From Malacoraja senta (taxonomy: Eukaryota): 64,000 nt of DNA. Below the pieces are notes generated by a model. That model was not told the DNA's origin. It worked only from the letters and a program-made list of their open reading frames with translations, and searched no databases. Of the stretch, positions 39,625 through 50,650 are shown in pieces. Location of the stretch: positions 4,218,001-4,282,000 of the forward strand of contig CM075992.1 of assembly GCA_038087875.1 (NCBI GenBank), given 5' to 3'. A program made the translations under genes and the position numbers. Position 1 is the first letter of the stretch. Every line of letters begins with the position of its first letter.

Positions 39625-40285
39625 TTTTTTTTTATTTTTATTTTTTAATTTAAAAAAATATATATATATTTTTATTAGAGGCAGGTACATATCATATTGA
39701 AAACATTTCATGTATATCATTCCTACATTACCAATATTACCGATTGATATTAACTCTGTTTCTAGTATTTTTTTTAATATAGGTAGAAAATAAGAGAATA
39801 AAAGAAAGGGAAGAAAAGGGATGATAAAGAAGAATGGAATAAATTACTAAAAGCACAACGTTGGAGATATATTCGTACATTTTAAAATATAACTTTTCAT
39901 CTAACCCTTAATTCGAGTTTCAGTCAGGTTCTCGTGCCGAACCAGTCTGTCCCTTCAAATAGTCAATAAATGGAGACCATGTTCTGATAAAAAAGTTCTT
40001 GTTTGTCCATTAAGACAAATCTAATTCTTTCCAAATGGAAGGGCTCCGACATTTCCATAATCCACATTTTAATTGTGGGGGTTATAGGACCTTTCCAAAA
40101 TGTTTATATTAATTTTTTTCCAGTTATTATACTATAGTCCATCAAGTTTCTTTGAGTTGTAAGTGTTAGACTTTGTTCTAATCTTCCTAGTATTATTCAT
40201 TTTAAATCAGGATCCAATTGAGTGTTGACAACTATAGATATTATTCTAAAAATGTCTGTCCACATTCTATCACATTTTCACAGTT
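39625..40285 (-). mobile_element. L1/Tx1-like LINE 3' fragment
   Basis: Minus strand encodes WKGPITPTIKMWIMEMSEPFHLERIRF...FIRTWSPFIDYLK, resembling ORF2 C-termini of non-mammalian L1s, then an AT-rich 3' UTR and A-rich tail; similar tail at 5910-6165. Confidence 0.6.
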
Positions 40286-40568
40286 AAATCTTCTGATTCT
40301 CTCTCCCTCATCAGTCCAGCATCACCTTAAATGTCTGATTCACCTCACTCAATCCCTAAGATAGTGAGCAAAACACAAAGAAATGCCACCTCAGTACGTT
40401 CTCCAGGGCTGACCCGCTGAGTTTAGTTCAGTTTAGAGATACTGTGCACGAACAGGCCCTTCGTCCCACCGAGTCCACCCCAACCAGCGATCCCCGCACA
40501 CTACCACTATACCACACGCACGAGGGACAATTTACACTGATACCAAGCCAATTAACCTACAAACCTGT

Positions 40569-40657
40569 CTGAAGAAGGGTTTCGGCCCGAAACGTTACCT
40601 ATTTCCTTCGCTCCATAGATGCTGCTGCACCCGCTGAGTTTCTCCAGCATTTTTGTG
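40569..40657 (+). mobile_element. Mini-PLE insertion in a SINE, starting at the hammerhead core
   Basis: 16 bp TSD taacctacaaacctgt (40553-40568, 40658-40673). Confidence 0.88.
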
Positions 40658-40887
40658 TAACCTACAAACCTGTACGTCTTTGGAGTGTGGGATAAACCGA
40701 AGATGTCAGAGAAATCCCACGCTGGTCACGGATGAGAACGTACAGACTCTACAGACAGCACCCGTAGTCAGGATCAAACCCGGCTCTGGCGCTGCAAGGC
40801 AGCAACTCTACCGCTGCACCACCGTGCCACACTTGGAGTCATTCCAGTTATTCTACAAAAGTGTGTGTTGTCCAGTTGGAAATGTGA

Positions 40888-41313
40888 TAGAAACATAGAA
40901 ACATAGAAACATAGAAAAATAGGTGCAGGAGTAGGCCATTCGGCCCTACAAGCCTGCACCGCCATTCAATATGATCATGGCTGATCATCCAACTCAGTAT
41001 CCTGTACCTGCCTTCTCTCCATACCCCCTGGTCCCTTTAGCCACAAGGGCCACATCTAACTCCCTCTTAAATATAGCCAATGAACTGGCCTCAACTACCT
41101 TCTGTGGCAGAGAGTTCCAGAGATTCACCACTCTCTGTGTGAAAAAAGTTCTTCTCATCTCGGTTTTAAAGGATTTCCCCCTTATCCTAAAACTGTGACC
41201 CCTTGTCCTGGACTTCCCCAACATCGGGAACAATCTTCCTGCATCTAGCCTGTCCAACCCCTTAAGAATTTTGTAAGTTTCTATAAGATCCCCCCTCAAT
41301 CTCCTAAATTCTA
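40888..41313 (-). mobile_element. CR1 LINE 3' fragment
   Basis: LEFRRLRGDLIETYKI...FTQRVVNLWNSLP and (CATAGAAA)n tail; near-identical to the 3' end of the 17114-18768 copy. Confidence 0.9.
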
Positions 41314-42203
41314 AATTATAGATATAATAGTGGCGTTTAAGAGGCATTTAGAAATGCAGGGAATGGAGGGATGTGGATGTAGCGCAGGCAGAGGAGATTA
41401 GTTTAACTTGGCATCATGTTCAACACAGATATTGTGTGTCAATGGGCTTGTTCCTGTGAAGGAAGGAGCTGCAGATTCTGGTTTACACCGAAGATTCCTT
41501 GTATGTGAATACTTGGCCAATAAACTTACTTACTTACTTACCTACACAGAAAATGCTGGAGTAACTCAGCGGGTCAGGCGGCATCTCTGGAGAGAAAAAG
41601 AATAGACAACGACGACAACGAGAATAGACAGAGATTCAGAGTCTCTCTGAGGATCCTCCAGTGCTTCTACTCTGGGGCTGGAGAAAGCATCTTGTCCGGC
41701 AACATCACAATCTGGTTTGGGAACTGCTCTGCCCGGGACAGGAAGGCTCTGCAGAGAGTGGTGCGTTCGGCCGAATGCACTATGGGAACTACACTCGCCC
41801 CCCTGCAGGACCTATACATCAGAAGGTGCAGATCCAGAGCCAGCAACATTATGGGGGACCCCTTCCACCCCAGCAACGGACTGTTCTAGCTGCTACGGTC
41901 GGGCAAACGCCTCCGCTGTCACGCTGTGAAAACAGAGAGGATGAGACGGAGTTTCTTCCCACAGGCCATTAGGACTGTAAACTCTTACCTCACCAGGGAC
42001 TAACATTACTGAACCAATCTACTGTTGTGTTGTGTCTTTTTAAAATTGCTGGGTTTTTTTGCACAATCCGCAGGCATTGCCACTTTCATTTCACTGCACA
42101 TCTTGTATGTGTATGTGACAAATAAACTTGACTTGACTTGTTTCGGGTCGAGTCCCTTTTTTAGACTGAGAGTCAGGGGAGTGGGAATCTAGAGGTATGG
42201 AAA

Positions 42204-42726
42204 GGCCCTGTCCCACGGTACGAGTTCATTCCAAGAGCTCTCCCGAGTTAAACAAAAATCTAACTCGTGGTAAGCACGGAGAATAATAATAATAATAATA
42301 ATCATTTTATTTACTGCCGCCTTTCTAACACCCAAGGACACCTTACAATGCATAGAATCACAACAAAACAAAAAAAATACAAAACACATAATCGGAAAAA
42401 ATTAAATATAAAAACACCACAGTACACAAATCAAGGACAGAATTCAATTTCAAGAGCACCAAAAGAAAATAAGAAACACAATTTGATTGAATGTAATGGG
42501 TACGTCGGAGCTCGGGGACGTCTCTTAGCGCTAACGGCAGGTACTCGGGAAGACTCGCTAACGGCAGGTAAGCACGGGAAGACTCGTGAAGATTTTTCAA
42601 CATGATGAAAAATGTCCACGAGAGCCCCGAGTACCGACGAGTGGCCATTACCGTAAATCTCCGAGTTCGAATCAGGGCAAACTCGGGGCGAACTCTTGGA
42701 ATGAACTCGTACCGTGGGACAGGGGT
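42204..42726. mobile_element. CTGTCCCAC-terminus MITE with nested A-rich insertion (about 42283-42490)
   Basis: Colinear with 20653-20970 apart from a ~205 bp insert starting with (AAT)n. Confidence 0.85.
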
Positions 42727-43811
42727 TTAAGATAGACACAACAAGCTGGAGTAGCTTAGTGGGTCAAACAACAACTTTGGAAAAAAGGAATAGGTGACGT
42801 TTCAGGTTGAGTCAAAGAATTGTCTCCACCCGAAAAATGCCACCTATTCCTTTTCTCCAGAGATGTTGTCTATCTGCTGGGTTACTCTGTGTCTCTCTAA
42901 ACCAGCATCGGCAGTTCCTTCCTACACTGGTACAAGTTCCTGTACCTGTGCTGCTCTGTTCTATGTTCTACCATCCCGCTCACACTACATAATAATGGAG
43001 ATCTCACTGGAATAATAGATCTGCTGTCTGGATTTTGCTTACCTCGCCAACAAATACCCCTGAAGCAATGTTGTTTTCAACGTCTCCATGGAAACTGTTG
43101 TGCTTTACGTACGACCTGTCAAGTTTCCGATCCTGCTACAGTGCTGCAGAAGATCAAGGAGCAAGGTTGAGGCACATATCTCTGCTATTTTTACAGCTGT
43201 CATTTGACAGGTTGTTGGCCAGGAGCCCGCAAACATTGCTACCAGGGTTAGGGCAGTGCCGCACCGCTGATGGTCCAACCTGATACGTGAGCTCCACGTC
43301 CCCATTACCCTCCAAGACCGCGGGACACTGCAGGGAATTATGGACGCAGCCAAGGCCACCACACAAGCCAACCAACCAGGTGGCGCACGGTCATGTCCCC
43401 AACAACCATGGTAGGGTTGTTAAAAATCAAAATGCATGCCTTGAAATTGCTCCGCAGTCATCATACCAACTTCAGTTGAAGCAAAGACAACACTCAGATG
43501 TGGCTAAACAGCTAATTTAGCTATCACAACCAAAAATACATTTCTAAGCAGCAGTACCTTCACTTGGACAGAGCTGGTCAGAGATGGTACTTCTCGTATG
43601 TGTATGTGACAAATAAACTTGACTTGACTCGACTTGACTTGTTTCGGGTCGAGTCCCTTTTTCAGACTGAGAGTCAGGGGAGAGGGAATCTAGAGGTATG
43701 GAAAGGTGCAGAACAGGCACAAGTAGTGGTCAGCGGTAGAGTTGCTGCCTTACATCGCCAGAGACCCGGGTTCAATCCTTACTACGGGTGCTCTCTGTGC
43801 TGTCATGTAAA

Positions 43812-44017
43812 GGGCCTGTCCCACTTGGGCGTCATTTGCGCGTCTCGCAGATGGCGCGCGAAGATTTTGTACATCCCAACCGACCGCGCGTCACTGCTTA
43901 CGTTACCACGCACCATGCGCGCATCACATGCGCGTCAAGACGCGCGCATCGTTCGTCGTGGCGCGTAAATGATGTCGCGTAAATGACGCGCAAATGACGC
44001 CCAAGTGGGACAGGCCC
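43812..44017. mobile_element. CTGTCCCAC-terminus MITE (GCGCG subfamily)
   Basis: gggcctgtcccacttgggcgtcatttgcgcgtc mirrored at the right end; CpG-rich. Confidence 0.88.
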
Positions 44018-44102
44018 TTCAGCCTCAAGTTCTCTAAATATCACTAGCGATTTGTCCTGGACCAGACACATCGAGGCAAAGACCAAGAAGGCACATCTTT
44101 AA

Positions 44103-44612
44103 AGGCCTGTCTCACGAGTCTGCGGTCATTGGCGGCGAAACAGGAACTATCTACCGCTCCTGGGCCACCAGAGACCGCGGGCACAGTCAAACGCACAATT
44201 CCGGGGCCGTGCGGCGTTGTTCCCAACACCGCACGGTGCTAAAAAAAACCCAACACTGTCCAAAAATATGTTCCTACCACACAGCCGCCGCCAGTGAGGC
44301 ACGAGTGCGGCACGGCCGCCGCCACAGCCGCCGCCAGTGAGGTACGTGTGCGGCACGGCCGCCGCCACAGCCGCCGCCAGTGAGGTACGTGTGCGGCACG
44401 GCCGCCGACAGTGAGGTACGTGTGCGGCACGGCCGCCGCCACAGCCCCGCGATCTGAAAGACGTCATCAGCCGAAACCGCAAGCTCGTTGAACCAGCCGT
44501 ACTTGGCCCCCCGCGCAGCATCCGTGCGGCGCTCTCGTGGTTGCCGTGCGGTCCCCTCTACCGGCGACGCCGCGCTTCACCGCCAACGACCGCAAACCCG
44601 TGGGACAGAGCC
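44103..44612. mobile_element. CTGTCCCAC-terminus MITE containing a 43 bp GC-rich minisatellite
   Basis: About 38 bp imperfect TIR (ggcctgtctcacgagtctgcggtcattggcggcgaa / ttcaccgccaacgaccgcaaacccgtgggacagagcc); interrupts a Rex1-like fragment. Confidence 0.8.
44281..44446. repeat. 43 bp GC-rich minisatellite, about 3.8 units
   Basis: Unit acagccgccgccagtgaggtacgtgtgcggcacggccgccgcc, with one internally deleted unit. Confidence 0.9.
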
Positions 44613-46229
44613 TTTACTTCCTTAAAGAGCTTAGGAAGTTCGGCATTTCCCCAACAACCCTCGCCAACTTCTACAGATGCACCGCAGAAAGCATTTTATC
44701 GGGATGCATCACTGGATGGTTTGGGAACAGCTCCATCCAAGACGCGAAGAAATTGCCGAGAATAGTGGATGTTGCCCAGACACAACCAACCTCCCTTGCA
44801 CACTTTCCATCTACACTTCACGATGCTTTTCACTGTACCTCGGTACACGTGACAATAAACTAAAACTGAACCAAAAAGGTCCAATGTTTCATGGCAGGAG
44901 ATACAGAGGCACCAGCCTCAGTGATAAGCATTTCCATAGATCATATCTTCACTTGGGATATCTGTATTCTTTAAAGTTACATTATTAGCTTAGCAGGTCA
45001 TCCTTTTATTTTATTTTATTTCATTTTATTTTTTAACAACCTGGGAATTCAATTGCACAAAGTGGCACCAGAAACGTGGCGACTCTTGCATACTATCTCA
45101 GTTGATTCGCTCGTGTGTCAGACGATGTAGCTCGCTGTCGGCTGCTGTCGTTGTCCAACATGTTGACAGAATTGTCGCCCGTTGCGTCGCAGAGTGGATC
45201 GCATCGTCGCTTCCAGAGATCGCCACGAGGAGGTTTCTGTCACGATCCCCAGTGTAATCTACTATTGCCACACTCTTGTAAAGTATGATTGCTCCGGTGT
45301 AAAGGTCATAAGGAATAGGAGCAGAATTAGGCCATCCAGCCCTTCAAGTCCACTCCGCCATTCAATCATGGCTGATCTATCTCTCCCTCCTAACTCCATT
45401 CTCCCCATAACCCATAACGCCCGTACTAATCAAGAATCTATCTATCTCTGCCTTAAAAATATGTATTGATGGCCTCCACAGCCTTCTGTGGCAAAGACTT
45501 CCACAGATTCACCACCCTTGACTAAAGAAATTCCTCCTCATCTCCTTCCTAAAGGAACGTCCTTTAATTGTGAGGCTTTGACCTCTAATCCTAGACTCTC
45601 CCTCTAGTGGGAACATCCTCTCCGCATCCACTCTATCCAAGCCTTTCACTGATCTACACGTTTCAATGTGGTTCCCCCCCTCATCCTTCTAAACTCCAGC
45701 GAGTACAGGCCCAGTGCCATCAAACACTCATCCTATGTTAACCCATTCATTCCTGGGATCATTCTTGTAAACCTCAGCTGTAACCCGACAAGAATGGGCA
45801 CATTATGATCACAATAAATGAAAACCGCAGAATAAATTAAAACTGATTTTACAACAAAGCCAGATTTGGGACTTGACAACTTCCGTGACATTTGAAGCAA
45901 AAATATTTGAACTAGCAACAGCACTCCCTATCCAAGCATCTTGAAAGTCAATCTAATACCCATTTACCTGTCAGCACTGGCTTCTAAAATGAGATCTAAC
46001 ATGCAGATAGTTAAACATTTGGAAATTCCACCGCAAGAGTAATTTGCAGACTTTTGCATTAACAATATACATGTGAACATTTATATCTGTTCACTGAAGT
46101 CTACTCTGTGTGAGTCATTAACATATTGTTATTGGTTATATTTAGTTTAGTTTAGAGATACAGGCCCTTCGGCCCACCAAGTCCAGGCCGACCAGCGACC
46201 CACGCACATTAACACTATCCTACACACAC

Positions 46230-46370
46230 TTCTTCTTCTTGCGTACGGCGTGCACAGCCTAAAGTTGTAGGACAACTTGTTCTATTTGATCTTACTTGAT
46301 TGTGCACGCCAGGTTGATTGCATTCGTCGAAACAGGGCGGACCACGTGAAGGTTGCAATCTCCCACCCCT
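46230..46370 (-). mobile_element. Short retroposon family A (HDV-ribozyme head, (AAG)n tail) inserted in a SINE
   Basis: 12 bp TSD tcctacacacac (46218-46229, 46371-46382); homologous to 11510-11620 and 59933-60073. Confidence 0.9.
46316..46369 (-). ncRNA. HDV/CPEB3-like ribozyme fold, intact
   Basis: GGGGUGG GA GAUUGCA ACC UUCACGU GGU CCGCCCU GU UUCGA CGAA UGCAAUC = P1, J1/2, P2, P3, L3, P3', P1', J1/4, minimal P4, J4/2, P2'. Confidence 0.85.
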
Positions 46371-46942
46371 TCCTACACACACCAGGGACAATTTACATCT
46401 ACACCAAGCCAATTAACCTACAAGCCTGTACGTCTTTGGAGTGTGGGTGGAAACCGAAGATCTCGGAGAAAACCCACGCGGCCAGGGAGAGAAGGTACAA
46501 ACTCCGTACAGACAGTCGGGATGGAACCTGGGTCTCTGGCGCTGCAAGCGCTGTAAGGCAGTGACTCTACCACTGTGCCACTGTGACCGCCCTTTTATTA
46601 GTGGAGAATTTTTTAAAAGTTGCTCTTCTTATAATACAATGATCCTATCAATTAAGATTTATTTGTACACAATTTGCACACAACAGTACATCAATTACAC
46701 TGCACACTTATTGCTCTAATAGGTAATTTGATGACAGATTTTATGGTCCTGGCACAGAATTTGGGAGCGTTAAATTGCAGCTGGATTAAATTCTTCCTGT
46801 TGCGTTTGCCAAAGTGATTTATTCATGCCTATCACCCATCCCATCTGGGGGGGTGCAGATAAGTGACAAAGTGGAGGATGTGCTGTGACAAAAACACACA
46901 CAGAAACCTGGATCTTCCAGAGGGTGAAGGTTCAGAAACTGT

Positions 46943-47420
46943 TTCTGGGATGTCAGGACTGTCTTATGAAGAAAGACTGGATAGACTTGGTTTATACTCG
47001 CTAGAATTTAGGAGATTGAGAGGGGGTCTTATAGAAACTTACAAAATTCTTAAGGGGTTGGACAGGCTAGATGCAGGAAGATTGCTCCCGATGTTGGGGA
47101 AAGTCCAGGACAAGGGGTCACAGCTTAAGGATAAGGGGGAAATCCTTTAAAACCGAGATGAGAAGAACTTTTTTCACACAGAGAGTGGTGAATCTCTGGA
47201 ACTCTCTGCCACAGAGGGTAGTCGAGGCCAGTTCATTGGCTATATTTAAGAGGGAGTTAGTGTGGCCCTTGTGGCTAAAGGGATCAGAGGGTATGGAGAG
47301 AAGGCAGGTACGGGATACTGAGTTGGATGATCAGCCATGATCATATTGAATGACGGTGCAGGCTCGAAGGGCCAAATGGCCTACTCCTGCACCTAATTTC
47401 TATGTTTTCTATGTTCTATG
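46943..47420 (+). mobile_element. CR1 LINE 3' fragment, frameshifted
   Basis: GMSGLSYEERLDRLGLYSLEFRRLRG then the CR1 3' UTR. Similar CR1 3' pieces at about 5370-5810, 8095-8410, 23050-23277, 24100-24480, 25510-25912, 27100-27430, 28725-28972, 33395-33775, 36228-36508, 55875-56290, 60199-60527 and 63125-63382. Confidence 0.9.
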
Positions 47421-47927
47421 TTCATTTCATTACATATACATTGCTGTACAAAGACTGCACTCAAACAAGATGGGGGGCTGGGGTCAGGGGTGAGGGTGGG
47501 GAGGATCACAGTTTCATCGATTATTAGAAACATAGAAAATAGGTGCAGGGGTAGTCCATTCGACCCTTCGAGCCATTCAATATGATCATCCAGAATCAGT
47601 GCCCCGTTCCTGCTTTCTCCCCATATCCCTTGATTCCGCTTCTTACGCCGAACAGCTTCTTGGCAACAATAATCAGGCTATCGAACACTGCAAACTCCAA
47701 CTGTACTCCGCAGTGGAAACTGCCTGGGTTGCACTAGGGACTGGTCTTGGTTTGTTTTTTATATATTGAAATTTTATTTTTTATTTTTATTTTTTTATTT
47801 TATCCACTGAGAATTGTGTTCACAATCCTGGAAGTAAGAATGTCATTGTTCCGTTTTGGTATATATGACAACAATCTAATTTTAAAAAATGCGGCACGGT
47901 GGCGCAGCGATGGAGTTGATGCCTTAA

Positions 47928-48169
47928 GGGCCTGTCCCACTTTCACGACCTAATTCACGACCTTTTATACTCGTGGACATTTTTCATCAGGCTAGAAAAA
48001 ACGCCCCGACCTACTTGATGCCACGAGTACCTACGACTAGCATCATGGCCTGCTATGACCTACCTAGGACCTCCTACGACCTCCTACGACCTTGTGACGA
48101 CCATGCTGCGAGTATGAGTCAAGGGCAAACTCGGCACAGGTCGTGAATTAGGTCGTGAAAGTGGGACAG
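47928..48169. mobile_element. CTGTCCCAC-terminus MITE inserted in a SINE head
   Basis: Interrupts the SINE sequence gcctta|cagcg; right TIR lacks its outermost bases. Confidence 0.85.
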
Positions 48170-48353
48170 CGTCGGAGACCCGGTTCGATCCCGACTACGG
48201 GTGCTGTCTGTAAGGAGTTTGTACGTTCTCCCCGTGACCTGCGTGGGTTTTCCCCAGGAGCTCTGGTTTCCTCCCACACTCCAAAGACATGCAGGTATTT
48301 CGGTAAATTGGCTCGGTAAATGTAAAAGGGAAAAGGCAGCAGATGAATATAGT

Positions 48354-50589
48354 GTTAAAGAAGGAACTGCAGATGCTGGAAAATCAAAGGTACACAAAAT
48401 GCTGGAGAAACTCAGCGGGTGCAGCAGCATCTATGGAGCGAAGGAAACAGGCAACGTTTCGGGCTGAAACCCTTCTTCAGACTGATAGGGGGTGGGGAGA
48501 AGAAAGGAAAAAAGGAAAAAGGCGGAGGAGGAGCCCGAGGGCTGGGGAGGGGAGGAGAGACAACCAGATGGCTGATGAAGGGGAGGGGACAGCAAGGGCT
48601 AGCAGAATTGGGAGAATTCAATGTTCAAACCCCCAGGATGTAGACTGCCCAAGCGGAATATGAGGTGCATTTCCTCCAATTTACGGTGTTGCTCGCTGTG
48701 GCCATGGAGGAGACCCAGGACAGAGAGGTCAGATACGGAATGGGAGGGGGAGTTGAAGTGCTGAGCCACCGGGAGTTCAGGTTGGTTATTGCGGACCGAT
48801 GTTCGGCGAAACGATCGCCAAGCCTCCGCTTGGTCTCACCGATGTAGATCAGCTGGCATCTAGAGCAGCGAATGCAATAGATGAGGTTGGAGGAGATGCA
48901 GGTGAACCTCTGTCGCACCTGGAACGACTGCTTGGGTCCTTGAATGGTGTGGAGGGGGGAGGTGGAGGGACAAGTGTTGCATCTCTTGCGGTTGCAAGGG
49001 AAAGTACCAGGGGGAGGGGGTGGTATGGGAGGGAAGGAATGAATTGACAAGGGAGTTACGGAGGGAGCGGTCTTTGCGGAAGGCAGACATGGGAGGAGAT
49101 GGGAAGATGTGGCGAGTGGTGGGGTCACGTTGGAGGTGACGAAACTGACGGAGGATCACTTGTTGTATGTGACGGCTGGTGGGGTGAAAGGTGAGGACTA
49201 GGGGGACTCTGCCTTTGTTGTGAGTGGGGGGATGGGGAGAGAGAGCAGTGTTGCGGGTATGGCAGAGACCCTGGTGCGAGCCTCATCTATGGTGGAGGAG
49301 GGGAACCCCCGTTCCCTGAAGAATGAGGACATTTCAGATGCCCTGGTGTGGAACGCCTCATCCTGGGAGCAGATGCGGCGTAGACGGAGGAATTGGGAGT
49401 GGGGGATGGAGTCCTTACAGGAAGCAGGGTGGGAAGAAGTGTAGTCCAGATAGCCATGGGAGTCGGTGGGTTTGTAGTGGAATCCACTACAAACCCACCG
49501 GTGGTTTCCACTACAAACCCACCGACTCCCATGGCTATCTGGACTACACTTCTTCCCACCCTGCTTCCTGTAAGGACTCCATCCCCCACTCCCAATTCCT
49601 CCGTCTACGCCGCATCTGCTCCAGGATGAGGCGTTCCACACCAGGGCATCTGAAATGTCCTCATTCTTCAGGGAACGGGGGTTCCCTCCTCCACCATAGA
49701 TGAGGCTCGCACCAGGGTCTCTGCCATACCCCGCAACACTGCTCTCTCTCCCCATCCCCCCCACTCACAACAAGGGCAGAGTCCCCTAGTCCTCACCTTT
49801 CACCCCACCAGCCGTCACATACAACAAGTGATCCTCCGTCATTTCGTCACCTCCAACGTGACCCCACCACTCGCCACATCTTCCCATCTCCCCCCATGTC
49901 GCCTCCGCAAAGACCGCTCCTCGTAACTCCCTTGTCAATTCTTCCCTTCCTCCCATACCACCCCATCCCCTGGTACTTTCCCTTGCAACCGCAAGAGATG
50001 CAACACTTGTCCCTTCACCTCCCCCTCCACACCATTCAAGGACCCAAGCAGTCGTTCCAGGTGCGACAGAGGTTCACCTGCATCTCCTCCAACCTCATCT
50101 ATTGCATTCGCTGCTCTAGATGCCAGCTGATCTACATCGGTGAGACCAAGCGGAGGCTTGGCGATCGTTTCGCCGAACATTGGTCCGCAATAACCAACCT
50201 GAACTCCCGGTGGCTCAGCACTTCAACTCCCCCTCCCATTCCGTATCTGACCTCTCTGTCCTGGGTCTCCTCCATGGCCACAGCGAGCAACACCGTAAAT
50301 TGGAGGAAATGCACCTCATATTCCGCTTGGGCAGTCTACATCCTGGTGGCCTGAACATTGAATTCTCCCAATTCTGCTAGCCCTTGCTGTCCCCTCCCCT
50401 TCATCAGCCATCTGGTTGTCTCCTCCCCTCCCCCAGCCCTCGGGCTCCTCCTCCGCCTTTTTCCTTTTTTCCTTTCTTCTCCCCACCCCCTATCAGTCTG
50501 AAGAAGGGTTTCGGCCCAAAACGTTACCTATTTCCTTCGCTCCATAGATGCTGCTGCACCCGCTGAGTTTCTCCAGCATTTTTGTGTAC
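48354..50589. mobile_element. Penelope-like element 3' portion as a 2.2 kb head-to-head palindrome with 17 bp TSD
   Basis: Both arms encode RT thumb (YKPTDSHGYLDYTSSHP...SQFLRLRRICS) and GIY-YIG endonuclease (CNRKRCNTC...NLIYCIRC...YIGETKRRLGDRFAEH); cagcagatgaatatagt at 48337-48353 and 50590-50606. Confidence 0.92.
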
Positions 50590-50631
50590 CAGCAGATGAA
50601 TATAGTTTGTCATTTGTTAATTCCAAGGGCT

Positions 50632-50650
50632 GCACCACCATCTAGTGGTT
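50632..50650 (-). promoter_or_regulatory. Candidate CTCF site
   Basis: Minus strand AACCACTAGATGGTGGTGC resembles the CTCF core CCASYAGRKGGCRS; motif match only. Confidence 0.4.

Noticed and set aside
43043..43135. Possible minus-strand exon ending at a strong GAG|GTAAGC donor
   Set aside because: The short open frame (QDRKLDRSYVKH...) has no recognisable homology, the acceptor is weak, and I found no partner exons
44281..44446. Possible CRISPR-like array
   Set aside because: Units are directly tandem with no unique spacers, lie inside a MITE, and the context is eukaryotic
48625..50354. Functional autonomous Penelope element
   Set aside because: Only the RT thumb and endonuclease are present, both arms are frameshifted, and the RT core is absent
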